Of a DNA stretch of 31,319 nucleotides, positions 24,943 to 31,319 are shown piece after piece (the first letter of the stretch is position 1; the number at the start of each line of letters is the position of its first letter). The stretch is from positions 1-31,319 of IMG/VR virus record IMGVR_UViG_3300003432_000012; one strand, written 5' to 3'. Position numbers and translations under genes: made by a program. This DNA is from a virus. Taxonomy: Duplodnaviria; Caudoviricetes. The notes under the pieces were generated by a model that searched no databases, was not told the origin of the DNA, and was given only the letters and a program-made list of their open reading frames with translations.

Positions 24943-26078
24943 AATACATTACTTTTATTTTACTTGTTATAAGCTTTAAAGTAGGTGCTGCTGTTAGTGT
25001 GTTAACGCCCAACATGTCAGCAGCACAATGGGATGCTAATTATCTTAACTCTAATGCCCTATTGACCACTTGTAACCCTGCTGGCACTTCAGGGCCAACG
25101 GTATGCGCTGAACATTTTGCATGGGTTCAGGATAATTGGGTAAGGTCATATATTTCAATGGCTCTATTTACAGGTGATACTAAGTACCTAATAAAAGCCA
25201 GAGACACAATAGACTTTATGCTTACAAAACGCAGTGTTGATGGCGGCTGGGGCTATGAAATGGGTACGGCTCAATATATCTTAGATTCTGCAATGATTTC
25301 TAGGTGTATTGCCCTATATGTATATGTTGTGAATAGAGACTCAAGATTTATTAACTATAGGGATTATGCTGATGGTTATCTGTCTATTATTGAGCCTATC
25401 ATACATAAGTTTGATTATCAATGGGTTGATAACACGCCATTATCTAGCGGATCAAGCTTCTACAGATATGCAACCTGTCCTGCAAACCCTCAAGCATTAT
25501 GCGGTACAACATCGCTATTGATGTATAACCAGGGGGCAGCAATGGCATCCGCAATGCTCTTGGTAGACAAAACATACAGACTTAAAGGATTGTCCCCAGA
25601 TCCTGGCTACATGGATAAGGTTACTAAAAGCGTACAGTATTTCCTTAACTTTGCACAAATTTTTAATCAGTCCTACGTATGGAATTATCAAGGCGGTAGA
25701 CCAGATGGGACTCCAACAACTGAAGATTTAAGTCATGGTCATGTTGATGTGATGTTTTTAGCATGGACTAACGGAATAGGCGGCATGACTTTTGACAAGC
25801 TAGAATTACTATCCAATACATTAGGTAAAAAGTTGATGAATGGAGAGGCCGGCCCCTATGATGTATCTGGAAAAGTAGATGCTTCATTAACAGTGCCTAC
25901 CATGAATTCTAAGGCTATTGTAGGTTTTGATTATATTGAGCTATCTGACTACAACCCAATGTTGTTAGACAGGATAATCTATTTATTCAACACTAAGATA
26001 ATGAACACGGCGGGTAATAATGCGGCTCTAGGTTGGGCTGAGATATTACGCAAAAAAGCATTAATCGAACTTTTTTAA
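24939..26078 (+). CDS. Exported (alpha/alpha)6-barrel, glycosidase/epimerase-like protein
   Basis: Signal peptide; TGDTKYL, YNQG, YVWNY, EDLSHG motifs in a helical-repeat protein; family not resolved. Confidence 0.6.
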   Translation: MKYITFILLVISFKVGAAVSVLTPNMSAAQWDANYLNSNALLTTCNPAGTSGPTVCAEHFAWVQDNWVRSYISMALFTGDTKYLIKARDTIDFMLTKRSVDGGWGYEMGTAQYILDSAMISRCIALYVYVVNRDSRFINYRDYADGYLSIIEPIIHKFDYQWVDNTPLSSGSSFYRYATCPANPQALCGTTSLLMYNQGAAMASAMLLVDKTYRLKGLSPDPGYMDKVTKSVQYFLNFAQIFNQSYVWNYQGGRPDGTPTTEDLSHGHVDVMFLAWTNGIGGMTFDKLELLSNTLGKKLMNGEAGPYDVSGKVDASLTVPTMNSKAIVGFDYIELSDYNPMLLDRIIYLFNTKIMNTAGNNAALGWAEILRKKALIELF

Positions 26079-26086
26079 GGTGACTT

Positions 26087-26242
26087 ATGGACTTAAAACA
26101 ATACAGCACACAATCTGGACTTATCAAACTTGTATTTGCTATTATGGGCTTTGCCGGTATGTGGTTTGAAAAAGACATTAGTCAGATAGTTTTGTTGTAT
26201 GGACTTGTTTCGGGCGCTCATGGCGTTACAAGCAAGGAATAA
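26087..26242 (+). CDS. Small two-TM protein, holin candidate, 51 aa
   Basis: Hand translation MDLKQYSTQSGLIKLVFAIMGFAGMWFEKDISQIVLLYGLVSGAHGVTSKE; AAGGTGA RBS. Confidence 0.6.
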   Translation: MDLKQYSTQSGLIKLVFAIMGFAGMWFEKDISQIVLLYGLVSGAHGVTSKE

Positions 26243-26626
26243 ATGCAAGTGGAAAACAGGGAGGTTAGACCAGAACTAGACAACAGGCTAGTTGAAGTAT
26301 TCAAGAGTTTGGGATCAATAGAATCCAGGCTTGATGAAATGGAAAAGAAAACTAACATTAATGCTCAAAATCATATCCAATTAGAAAAAGAGCTGTTCAC
26401 GAACTTCAAAGAACTGAAAGAGACAGTTATTAAGATCAATGAACAGCTCATAGTAGCCGCTGCTTTAGAAAAAGAACGGCAAGAAACACGGGCTAGCATT
26501 GCGCTAGAAAGGCGGGAGTCTGACAAGGCAAATAAAAGCATGTTGCCTAAAATGCTTGATGCTGCGGTTAAATTCTGTACTCTAATTGGGTTCTTATGGG
26601 CCTTATTCACTATCCTGCAAAAATGA
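26243..26626 (+). CDS. Coiled-coil protein with C-terminal TM (holin/antiholin-associated type)
   Basis: Heptad-rich body; C-terminal FCTLIGFLWALFTIL; last gene of the late strand. Confidence 0.6.
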   Translation: MQVENREVRPELDNRLVEVFKSLGSIESRLDEMEKKTNINAQNHIQLEKELFTNFKELKETVIKINEQLIVAAALEKERQETRASIALERRESDKANKSMLPKMLDAAVKFCTLIGFLWALFTILQK

Positions 26627-26986
26627 TCTTATTTCATCGTCAGTCAATGGCTCTGCATTTTTAAAGTACCGCTTATTTAAGCACTCAAAATATCCTGTTG
26701 ATTGATCTTTAGCAACAACAACCGCTATATCCTTCATCTTTTCTGATATATCCCATACATGGCATAAACGCCTTAATGGTGTTTCCTCATACCATTCAGG
26801 TTCAATGTGTTTACTCCATCTATTAGGGTCACTAAAATACATATCATGCCTAAACGCGCCTAAATGAATAAATCCGTTTTTTAGTTCTAGCACATGAAAT
26901 TTATTTTCATTATCGTAAAGTTTACCCCCATCTAATAACCATTGCCATATTTCTGCCGTTGTTTTAAAGTCGCTCATTTTACTCAC
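26603..26986 (-). CDS. Hypothetical protein
   Basis: ORF track; abuts the recombinase gene. Confidence 0.7.
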   Translation of the reverse strand: MSKMSDFKTTAEIWQWLLDGGKLYDNENKFHVLELKNGFIHLGAFRHDMYFSDPNRWSKHIEPEWYEETPLRRLCHVWDISEKMKDIAVVVAKDQSTGYFECLNKRYFKNAEPLTDDEIRSFLQDSE

Positions 26987-27709
26987 CTACTCAATTGGAT
27001 CAATCATTCCAGATTCTTTTAACTCGGTCTTTTTGTTCAAAAAATATTGTTTTATATCTGCATCGGCTTTCCATTCATAGAACATTTGAGTCCACATCAG
27101 ATTTAGTTCTTCTATTGATTCCGCGTTAGTTACAAATAGTTTAAGCGTATCAATAGCCAATTGTTTTAAATCTTCTGCCCTATCTTTTGTTGATATTGAC
27201 TTCCAGTTGTTAGTTAAGTCAATGACTGTTTCAGATAGCTCAATTAACTCATGTGCGTTAGCCGGTAACTCGCTTGATTCTTTGTATTTTGAACCGTCCC
27301 ATCTTCCCTCATATATAGCAGATCCTATTCCTAATTGTTTCATGGCAACACTCAAAGCATCGGTTAATGCCATTTTGTAACCTTCATCACTGTTATGCAA
27401 TCCGGCTGATTCTTTTGATACTAGCTTGCTACCCCCTAAACCTGGGATTGGAAGCGATTTAACGCCGTCTACGACCGTGAAAAGGTTAACCTGCACAAAT
27501 ACCATTAGTTCACCGTTTTCACATTGTGCTGTCCATTTTTCGGCTATTTCGTATGTCCATCCAAAACCAATAGGGCCAAAATGCTCAGTAATAGCCTTAA
27601 TTCGCCACTGAGGGTTTACATCAGTCATTCCCTTAAGTCTACCTGCTCCTATCTGCTTTAATGCAGACTTTGGCGGCTCAGATACTTTATTCCATAATTC
27701 AAGATTCAT
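26987..27709 (-). CDS. Rad52/Sak-like single-strand annealing recombinase
   Basis: MTDVNPQWRIKAITEHFGPIGFGW...G.GGS...DEGYKMALTDALS.A.K.LG. Confidence 0.8.
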   Translation of the reverse strand: MNLELWNKVSEPPKSALKQIGAGRLKGMTDVNPQWRIKAITEHFGPIGFGWTYEIAEKWTAQCENGELMVFVQVNLFTVVDGVKSLPIPGLGGSKLVSKESAGLHNSDEGYKMALTDALSVAMKQLGIGSAIYEGRWDGSKYKESSELPANAHELIELSETVIDLTNNWKSISTKDRAEDLKQLAIDTLKLFVTNAESIEELNLMWTQMFYEWKADADIKQYFLNKKTELKESGMIDPIE

Positions 27710-27909
27710 TAGTCATTCTCCGTTAGTGCATCAGCTCTCGCGTCTATTTCATACATGTGCGCGTCTATTTCTTCTTGTAAGTTAGACCACTTGTAATCAT
27801 TATGATTGGCCCATCTGCGAGACTTCCAACCGCATGAGCAGTCATACCAGTGCTCTTGGTTAAAATCATCTCCCTCACTTTGCACAATAACAACGTGCTC
27901 AAGATTCAT
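27709..27909 (-). CDS. Small hypothetical protein (CxCG motif)
   Basis: ATG at 27909 has a GAGG RBS; YDCSCGWKS. Confidence 0.6.
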   Translation of the reverse strand: MNLEHVVIVQSEGDDFNQEHWYDCSCGWKSRRWANHNDYKWSNLQEEIDAHMYEIDARADALTEND

Positions 27910-28216
27910 AATTGACCTCAACAAAGTCTGTAGACATATTCACGTCTGGAACAGGAAAATCTAAAGGTTTCCATTCTTCTATCGCTAATAATTCTTGCTT
28001 TCTTGTTTCAAGGCGTTTTCTTTCTGCAAAGTGCTTTCCATCTTCAATAGCAATAGCCTTATCAATCAGATCTATTTCTTTGCTTAATGTTTCTGATGTC
28101 GGCTTATCTGGAAGATCAACATCAACAAACTCTGTTAACTGCACCCATCCTGCAGGGGTAAAATCAAACAGGCATATGCTGTAATCTTGTTTAAATGCTG
28201 CAACTTGTGTTTTCAT
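27899..28216 (-). CDS. Hypothetical protein
   Basis: ORF track; GAGGA RBS. Confidence 0.7.
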   Translation of the reverse strand: MKTQVAAFKQDYSICLFDFTPAGWVQLTEFVDVDLPDKPTSETLSKEIDLIDKAIAIEDGKHFAERKRLETRKQELLAIEEWKPLDFPVPDVNMSTDFVEVNYES

Positions 28217-28242
28217 CTTTTAATCCTCAATAAATATTTAAT

Positions 28243-28266
28243 TAAATAAGCTATCGAAACAATAGC
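28243..28266 (-). terminator. Weak terminator/attenuator hairpin after the first leftward gene
   Basis: Minus strand GCTATTG-TTT-CGATAGC followed by TTATTT. Confidence 0.45.
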
Positions 28267-28276
28267 CATTACTATC

Positions 28277-28525
28277 TTATCTATAATCTTTTTCATTCGG
28301 CACAACCGTTAAAAAGTCATAAGTGCTATTTCCTTCTAATGTCTTAACCGGATTCAACAAGTCAAGTTCATCCAGGTGTACTGCATTATCCCAAAACCCT
28401 GTATTGTGGTCGATATAGCGGTTAACGTATTCATCCACTATGATAGTAAAATAAAACTCCTTATCATTATTGTTCCATACTTTGCAAAACTTAGGGTATG
28501 GTGATTGGCATTGTGTAAATTTCAT
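28277..28525 (-). CDS. Hypothetical protein, first gene of the leftward early operon
   Basis: Strong AGGAGG RBS; promoter immediately upstream. Confidence 0.7.
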   Translation of the reverse strand: MKFTQCQSPYPKFCKVWNNNDKEFYFTIIVDEYVNRYIDHNTGFWDNAVHLDELDLLNPVKTLEGNSTYDFLTVVPNEKDYR

Positions 28526-28550
28526 TTCATCCTCCTGTTAAGTTGAGTAC

Positions 28551-28579
28551 AGTCTATCAAAATAGTTTCGATGTGTCAA
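28551..28579 (-). promoter_or_regulatory. Leftward early promoter
   Basis: TTGACA-17 nt-TAGACT with extended TG. Confidence 0.8.
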
Positions 28580-28613
28580 ACAAAATAATTTCACATAACG
28601 AAACAAATATTTC

Positions 28614-28642
28614 TTGACACGAAACAAAATACAAACTATGCT
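28614..28642 (+). promoter_or_regulatory. Rightward early promoter
   Basis: TTGACA-17 nt-TATGCT; GAGAGGA RBS downstream. Confidence 0.8.
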
Positions 28643-28668
28643 GTATCCAACTTACGAGAGGACACAAA

Positions 28669-28944
28669 ATGATTAGAATAGAAAGCACAGAATTAAGGCA
28701 AAAAAAAATGACAGATAAGTATTCAAACGGTATAAATTTGTATGCAGGTAAGTGGAAAATAGGAAGTGTATGGTGGAACGGTTCAAGCGTTCCAACTGAT
28801 GAGCAAGGCAATAAATTAAATTATGCTGTTTCTTGTGAATTGCCAGGAATAAAAAATAGACTTGGTGACTTTATAAAAGAAAGTGAAGGTGTGGAAAGAT
28901 TACAAAAAGCATTTGATATTTGGCTTAAAGGCATATCACAATGA
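28669..28944 (+). CDS. Hypothetical protein, first gene of the rightward early operon
   Basis: ORF track, RBS and promoter. Confidence 0.7.
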   Translation: MIRIESTELRQKKMTDKYSNGINLYAGKWKIGSVWWNGSSVPTDEQGNKLNYAVSCELPGIKNRLGDFIKESEGVERLQKAFDIWLKGISQ

Positions 28945-29168
28945 CAATAAACGAAATGATTAGAGAAATGAAAGCAAAAGGCTTTAGCTATAAAGTAATA
29001 GCAGATTTGATAGATGAAGAAATGCAAAAAAAATATATCCATATATCTGTTAAAGGATTAAGCCCTCAAAGACTTGGTGTTATTGCATCAATAACAAGCA
29101 GAGAATGTACAACAACTTGTGATATTAGAGATTCAATTAAAAAAACCTACAGGAGATTATGCAAATAA
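28941..29168 (+). CDS. Small basic protein, possible HTH regulator
   Basis: IREMKAKGFSYKVIADLI resembles an HTH start; ATGA overlap. Confidence 0.5.
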   Translation: MTINEMIREMKAKGFSYKVIADLIDEEMQKKYIHISVKGLSPQRLGVIASITSRECTTTCDIRDSIKKTYRRLCK

Positions 29169-29213
29169 AGCCTTGCAAGCACAATAAACAATTTAACTAA
29201 ACTAGGATTAAAA

Positions 29214-29891
29214 ATGAAAAAACTACTTACAATTATACTTTTACTGCCTATAACGGCTTTTGCAACAGGAAGAGGATATGAAACAAGCGGAAGTTCGACA
29301 CAAAATGCGAACCTTAGTGCATTCCAATCAACAACAGTTAAAAGCTCAACAAACTCAACTGCTATTAGTGGATCAATGGCTACAGGTGGCTCAGCTTATT
29401 CAAACAGTCAAGGCGGCAGGGGCGGAAGTGCGTCAGTAAATAACTCAGTTCGTGGCGGTGATGGTGGGTTCGCAGTCAATGAAGGGAATAGCGTGCGGTT
29501 TAATCAAGTACAGCAAACTCCGTTCGCTTATGCTCCTGGCCTTGCTCAATCATTTAGTCAGGATAATTGCGCTAATACTGCGTCTGTTGGCGTTAGTGCT
29601 GGATTCGGTGCTCTTGCTGCTGGCGCTCCGGTTGAGTCAGATAGCTGTAACCGTAGAAAGGACGTTACATTATGGCTTGTTACTGGGCAAAACCGCATAG
29701 CATGTGAGCGCATGACGGATGATAATGCAAATATGGAGGCTATGAAACGTGCAGGGATGGACTGTAAAACTTTAACAGAAATAAAACCACCTGTTAACGT
29801 GCCAGTTAATCGTGACTTAACCGTCTACGACAAAATGGATTATGTTGCAGACAAACAAATCCAATACCTCAACAAAAAACTAGGAAAATAA
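29214..29891 (+). CDS. Exported Ser/Gly-rich protein with Cys-patterned C-terminal domain
   Basis: Signal peptide ending AFA; S/G/N low-complexity linker; AP...SQDNC...S.GVS.G.....G.P.E...C.R. Confidence 0.75.
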   Translation: MKKLLTIILLLPITAFATGRGYETSGSSTQNANLSAFQSTTVKSSTNSTAISGSMATGGSAYSNSQGGRGGSASVNNSVRGGDGGFAVNEGNSVRFNQVQQTPFAYAPGLAQSFSQDNCANTASVGVSAGFGALAAGAPVESDSCNRRKDVTLWLVTGQNRIACERMTDDNANMEAMKRAGMDCKTLTEIKPPVNVPVNRDLTVYDKMDYVADKQIQYLNKKLGK

Positions 29892-30392
29892 ATGAAATAC
29901 TTAATCAGCTTTACCTTATTGTTACTGTCTTTTACTGCAAGTGCTATTGAAACAGGTTTTACGCAGATTGGTTTCTATTCCGGTGCTGCCGACAGAGACA
30001 CTTACACAGTGGATTGTAGAACTATTCCCAATGTGCGAAAAGTTGTAGCACAGGCCATCTTTAATGACATTGCTTATGCTAATGATGTTTTGGCAACATT
30101 TAGGGTTACAAATAGCAACAATGCACAAAGCCGATTAATTTATGATAAGTCTACCTACAATGTTGAAACAGACATTTATAACTTTAGAGGTACTTATACG
30201 CCTATGTTGGAAATTGCGGTCAATCAATACACATTTGCTTATGTTAATTTGTCCAGATCGCAAGCCCCTGCCGCTCCAGGTGTCTATAATGTAAATTTAG
30301 CAACAAAGGCGCGGTTCTGGTGTGTTAACGCTTCTAACCAGTATTTTAACCCACCTAACTATTGGTTGAGTTACAACGGCAACGGCATTTAA
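29892..30392 (+). CDS. Exported beta-rich protein of unknown function
   Basis: Signal peptide ending ASA; two Cys bracket the domain. Confidence 0.7.
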   Translation: MKYLISFTLLLLSFTASAIETGFTQIGFYSGAADRDTYTVDCRTIPNVRKVVAQAIFNDIAYANDVLATFRVTNSNNAQSRLIYDKSTYNVETDIYNFRGTYTPMLEIAVNQYTFAYVNLSRSQAPAAPGVYNVNLATKARFWCVNASNQYFNPPNYWLSYNGNGI

Positions 30393-30433
30393 TTTTAACA
30401 GCGCAAGGACGCGCATTTTTATGGGGAATTATC

Positions 30434-30706
30434 ATGAAGCTAACAGTTAGACAAGCAATAAACAAAAATTGCAAAGAATGTATTTATGATCCACAAGATA
30501 AAGGAACATGGATCGAGCAAGTTGAAGCATGTGCTATTACAATTTGTCCATTTTATGAACATCGTAAATTAACAGGAAAAACCAAAGCAATTTTGAAAGA
30601 AAAACATTTAGCAACACTACCACAAGCCGAAAAAGATTTGTATCTGGAAAAGGTAGAAAAACAACGTGCCAAAATGACTATTTTGCATAATTCAGGAGTA
30701 TTGTAA
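30434..30706 (+). CDS. Putative Zn-binding phage protein
   Basis: RQAINKNCKECIYD...GTW.EQVE.C....CPFY..R; ATG at 30434 has a GGGG RBS. Confidence 0.7.
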   Translation: MKLTVRQAINKNCKECIYDPQDKGTWIEQVEACAITICPFYEHRKLTGKTKAILKEKHLATLPQAEKDLYLEKVEKQRAKMTILHNSGVL

Positions 30707-30783
30707 TGATAGATTTAATTATGTGGATAGGTTTATTGATTTATGTTGCGTTGTGCTTGTGTAAGCCGCCAGGAATGAAATGA
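30706..30783 (+). CDS. 25-aa hydrophobic mini-protein
   Basis: Hand translation MIDLIMWIGLLIYVALCLCKPPGMK; AGGAG RBS; coupled stop/start. Confidence 0.4.
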   Translation: MIDLIMWIGLLIYVALCLCKPPGMK

Positions 30784-30860
30784 TTAGCCAATATCTGTTT
30801 TTCTTTATCTGCTATGTGGTAGCGCATATACTAACAATAATTTATAGGGTGAAAAAATGA
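30780..30860 (+). CDS. 26-aa hydrophobic mini-protein
   Basis: Hand translation MISQYLFFFICYVVAHILTIIYRVKK; ATGA overlaps at both ends. Confidence 0.4.
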   Translation: MISQYLFFFICYVVAHILTIIYRVKK

Positions 30861-31222
30861 AAAGCTGGACAACTGAAAAAGCAATTGATTTGTGTAAGCA
30901 TATAGAAAAAATATGTACTGCTTATGGGTGTCATGTCGCCTTAACAGGAGGAACGCTATACAAAGAAGGAAAAAGAAAAGACTTAGATATTTTGTTTTAT
31001 AGGATTAGGCAAGTTAAAGAAATTGATATAAACGGGTTATTTATTGCATTATCTGAAATAGGTGTTTATAGGGTTAGTGGTTTTGGATGGTGTTATAAAG
31101 CTACATTAATGGATGAATACAACATTGATTGTTTTTTTCCTGAAGAACAAGGAGGAGATTATGTCCCTTCGGATGTGAGTCCAGATATTACGCTTGATTT
31201 AAGTTTATTACAAAATCGTTAA
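30857..31222 (+). CDS. Minimal Pol-beta-superfamily nucleotidyltransferase-like protein
   Basis: HVALTGG.LYK.G.RKDLDILF (hG[GS]...DxD) and a third Asp in NIDCFF. Confidence 0.65.
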   Translation: MKSWTTEKAIDLCKHIEKICTAYGCHVALTGGTLYKEGKRKDLDILFYRIRQVKEIDINGLFIALSEIGVYRVSGFGWCYKATLMDEYNIDCFFPEEQGGDYVPSDVSPDITLDLSLLQNR

Positions 31223-31224
31223 AT

Positions 31225-31319
31225 ATGGAATTAAGAAAGTACCAGAACGACATTATAAAAAAACTCAAGCAATCAATAAAACAAGGACATAGAAGGATAA
31301 TAATACAATTACACGTAGG
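31225..31319 (+). CDS. SF2 (DEAD/ResIII-like) helicase, N-terminus cut by the window edge
   Basis: MELRKYQNDII..L......G.RRIIIQLHVG: Q-motif leading into the Walker A region. Confidence 0.7.
   Translation, partial: MELRKYQNDIIKKLKQSIKQGHRRIIIQLHV

Noticed and set aside
27699-27909. Two consecutive minus-strand genes both start ATGAATCTTGA (MNLE)
   Set aside because: Only 11 bp, with no similarity beyond it; plausible by chance
28560-28640. Repeats considered as a mini-CRISPR or replication iterons
   Set aside because: Units are only about 12 bp with about 10-bp gaps, too short for CRISPR; no adjacent initiator gene; they overlap promoters, so operators are more likely
28557-28811. Minus-strand 84-aa ORF across the divergent promoter region, considered as a repressor
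   Set aside because: No HTH, overlaps both promoters and the 28669 gene, composition typical of AT-rich non-coding DNA
29452-29700. Alternative-frame + strand ORF rich in Leu, nested in 29214-29891
   Set aside because: GTG start without an RBS; composition explained by frame-shifted Ala/Ser/Gly codons; no lipobox, so not an embedded spanin
1-31319. Diversity-generating retroelement, invertible tail cassette, tRNA genes, integrase/att site, alternative genetic code
   Set aside because: No reverse transcriptase, site-specific recombinase, template/variable repeat pair or cloverleaf seen by eye; core genes are uninterrupted in the standard code

Overview
Most of the genome of an AT-rich, P22-like (short-tailed) dsDNA phage; the window ends inside the replication region. 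Layout: (1) 1-4860, + strand: nin-like early/middle region with many small ORFs, including a NUMOD4 fragment, NinB-like protein, SSB, VRR-NUC nuclease and an exported protein. (2) 5111-22077, + strand: morphogenesis operon of TerS, TerL, portal, a beta-helix spike/fibre placed between portal and scaffold, scaffold, coat, decoration, gp4-like adaptor, gp10-like hub, an AspH-type 2OG-Fe(II) oxygenase, three ejection proteins and a tail fibre. (3) 22074-26626: dispersed lysis genes (spanin-like pair around a GH19 endolysin, holin-like genes 3 kb downstream) interrupted by an AP2 mini-gene and two exported glycan-related proteins. (4) 26603-28525, - strand: early operon with a Rad52/Sak-like recombinase. 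(5) a divergent promoter region at 28526-28668, then a + strand early operon ending in a nucleotidyltransferase-like gene and the start of an SF2 helicase. No integrase, CI repressor, tRNA or CRISPR array was seen. The most notable signals missed by the ORF track are a promoter- and terminator-bounded antisense small RNA (about 23146-23221) complementary to the ribosome-binding sites of the phage's own early genes, a leaderless 33-aa antisense membrane protein at the P22 sieA position, and three related early promoters. All protein calls come from motif recognition and synteny by eye; no searches were run.
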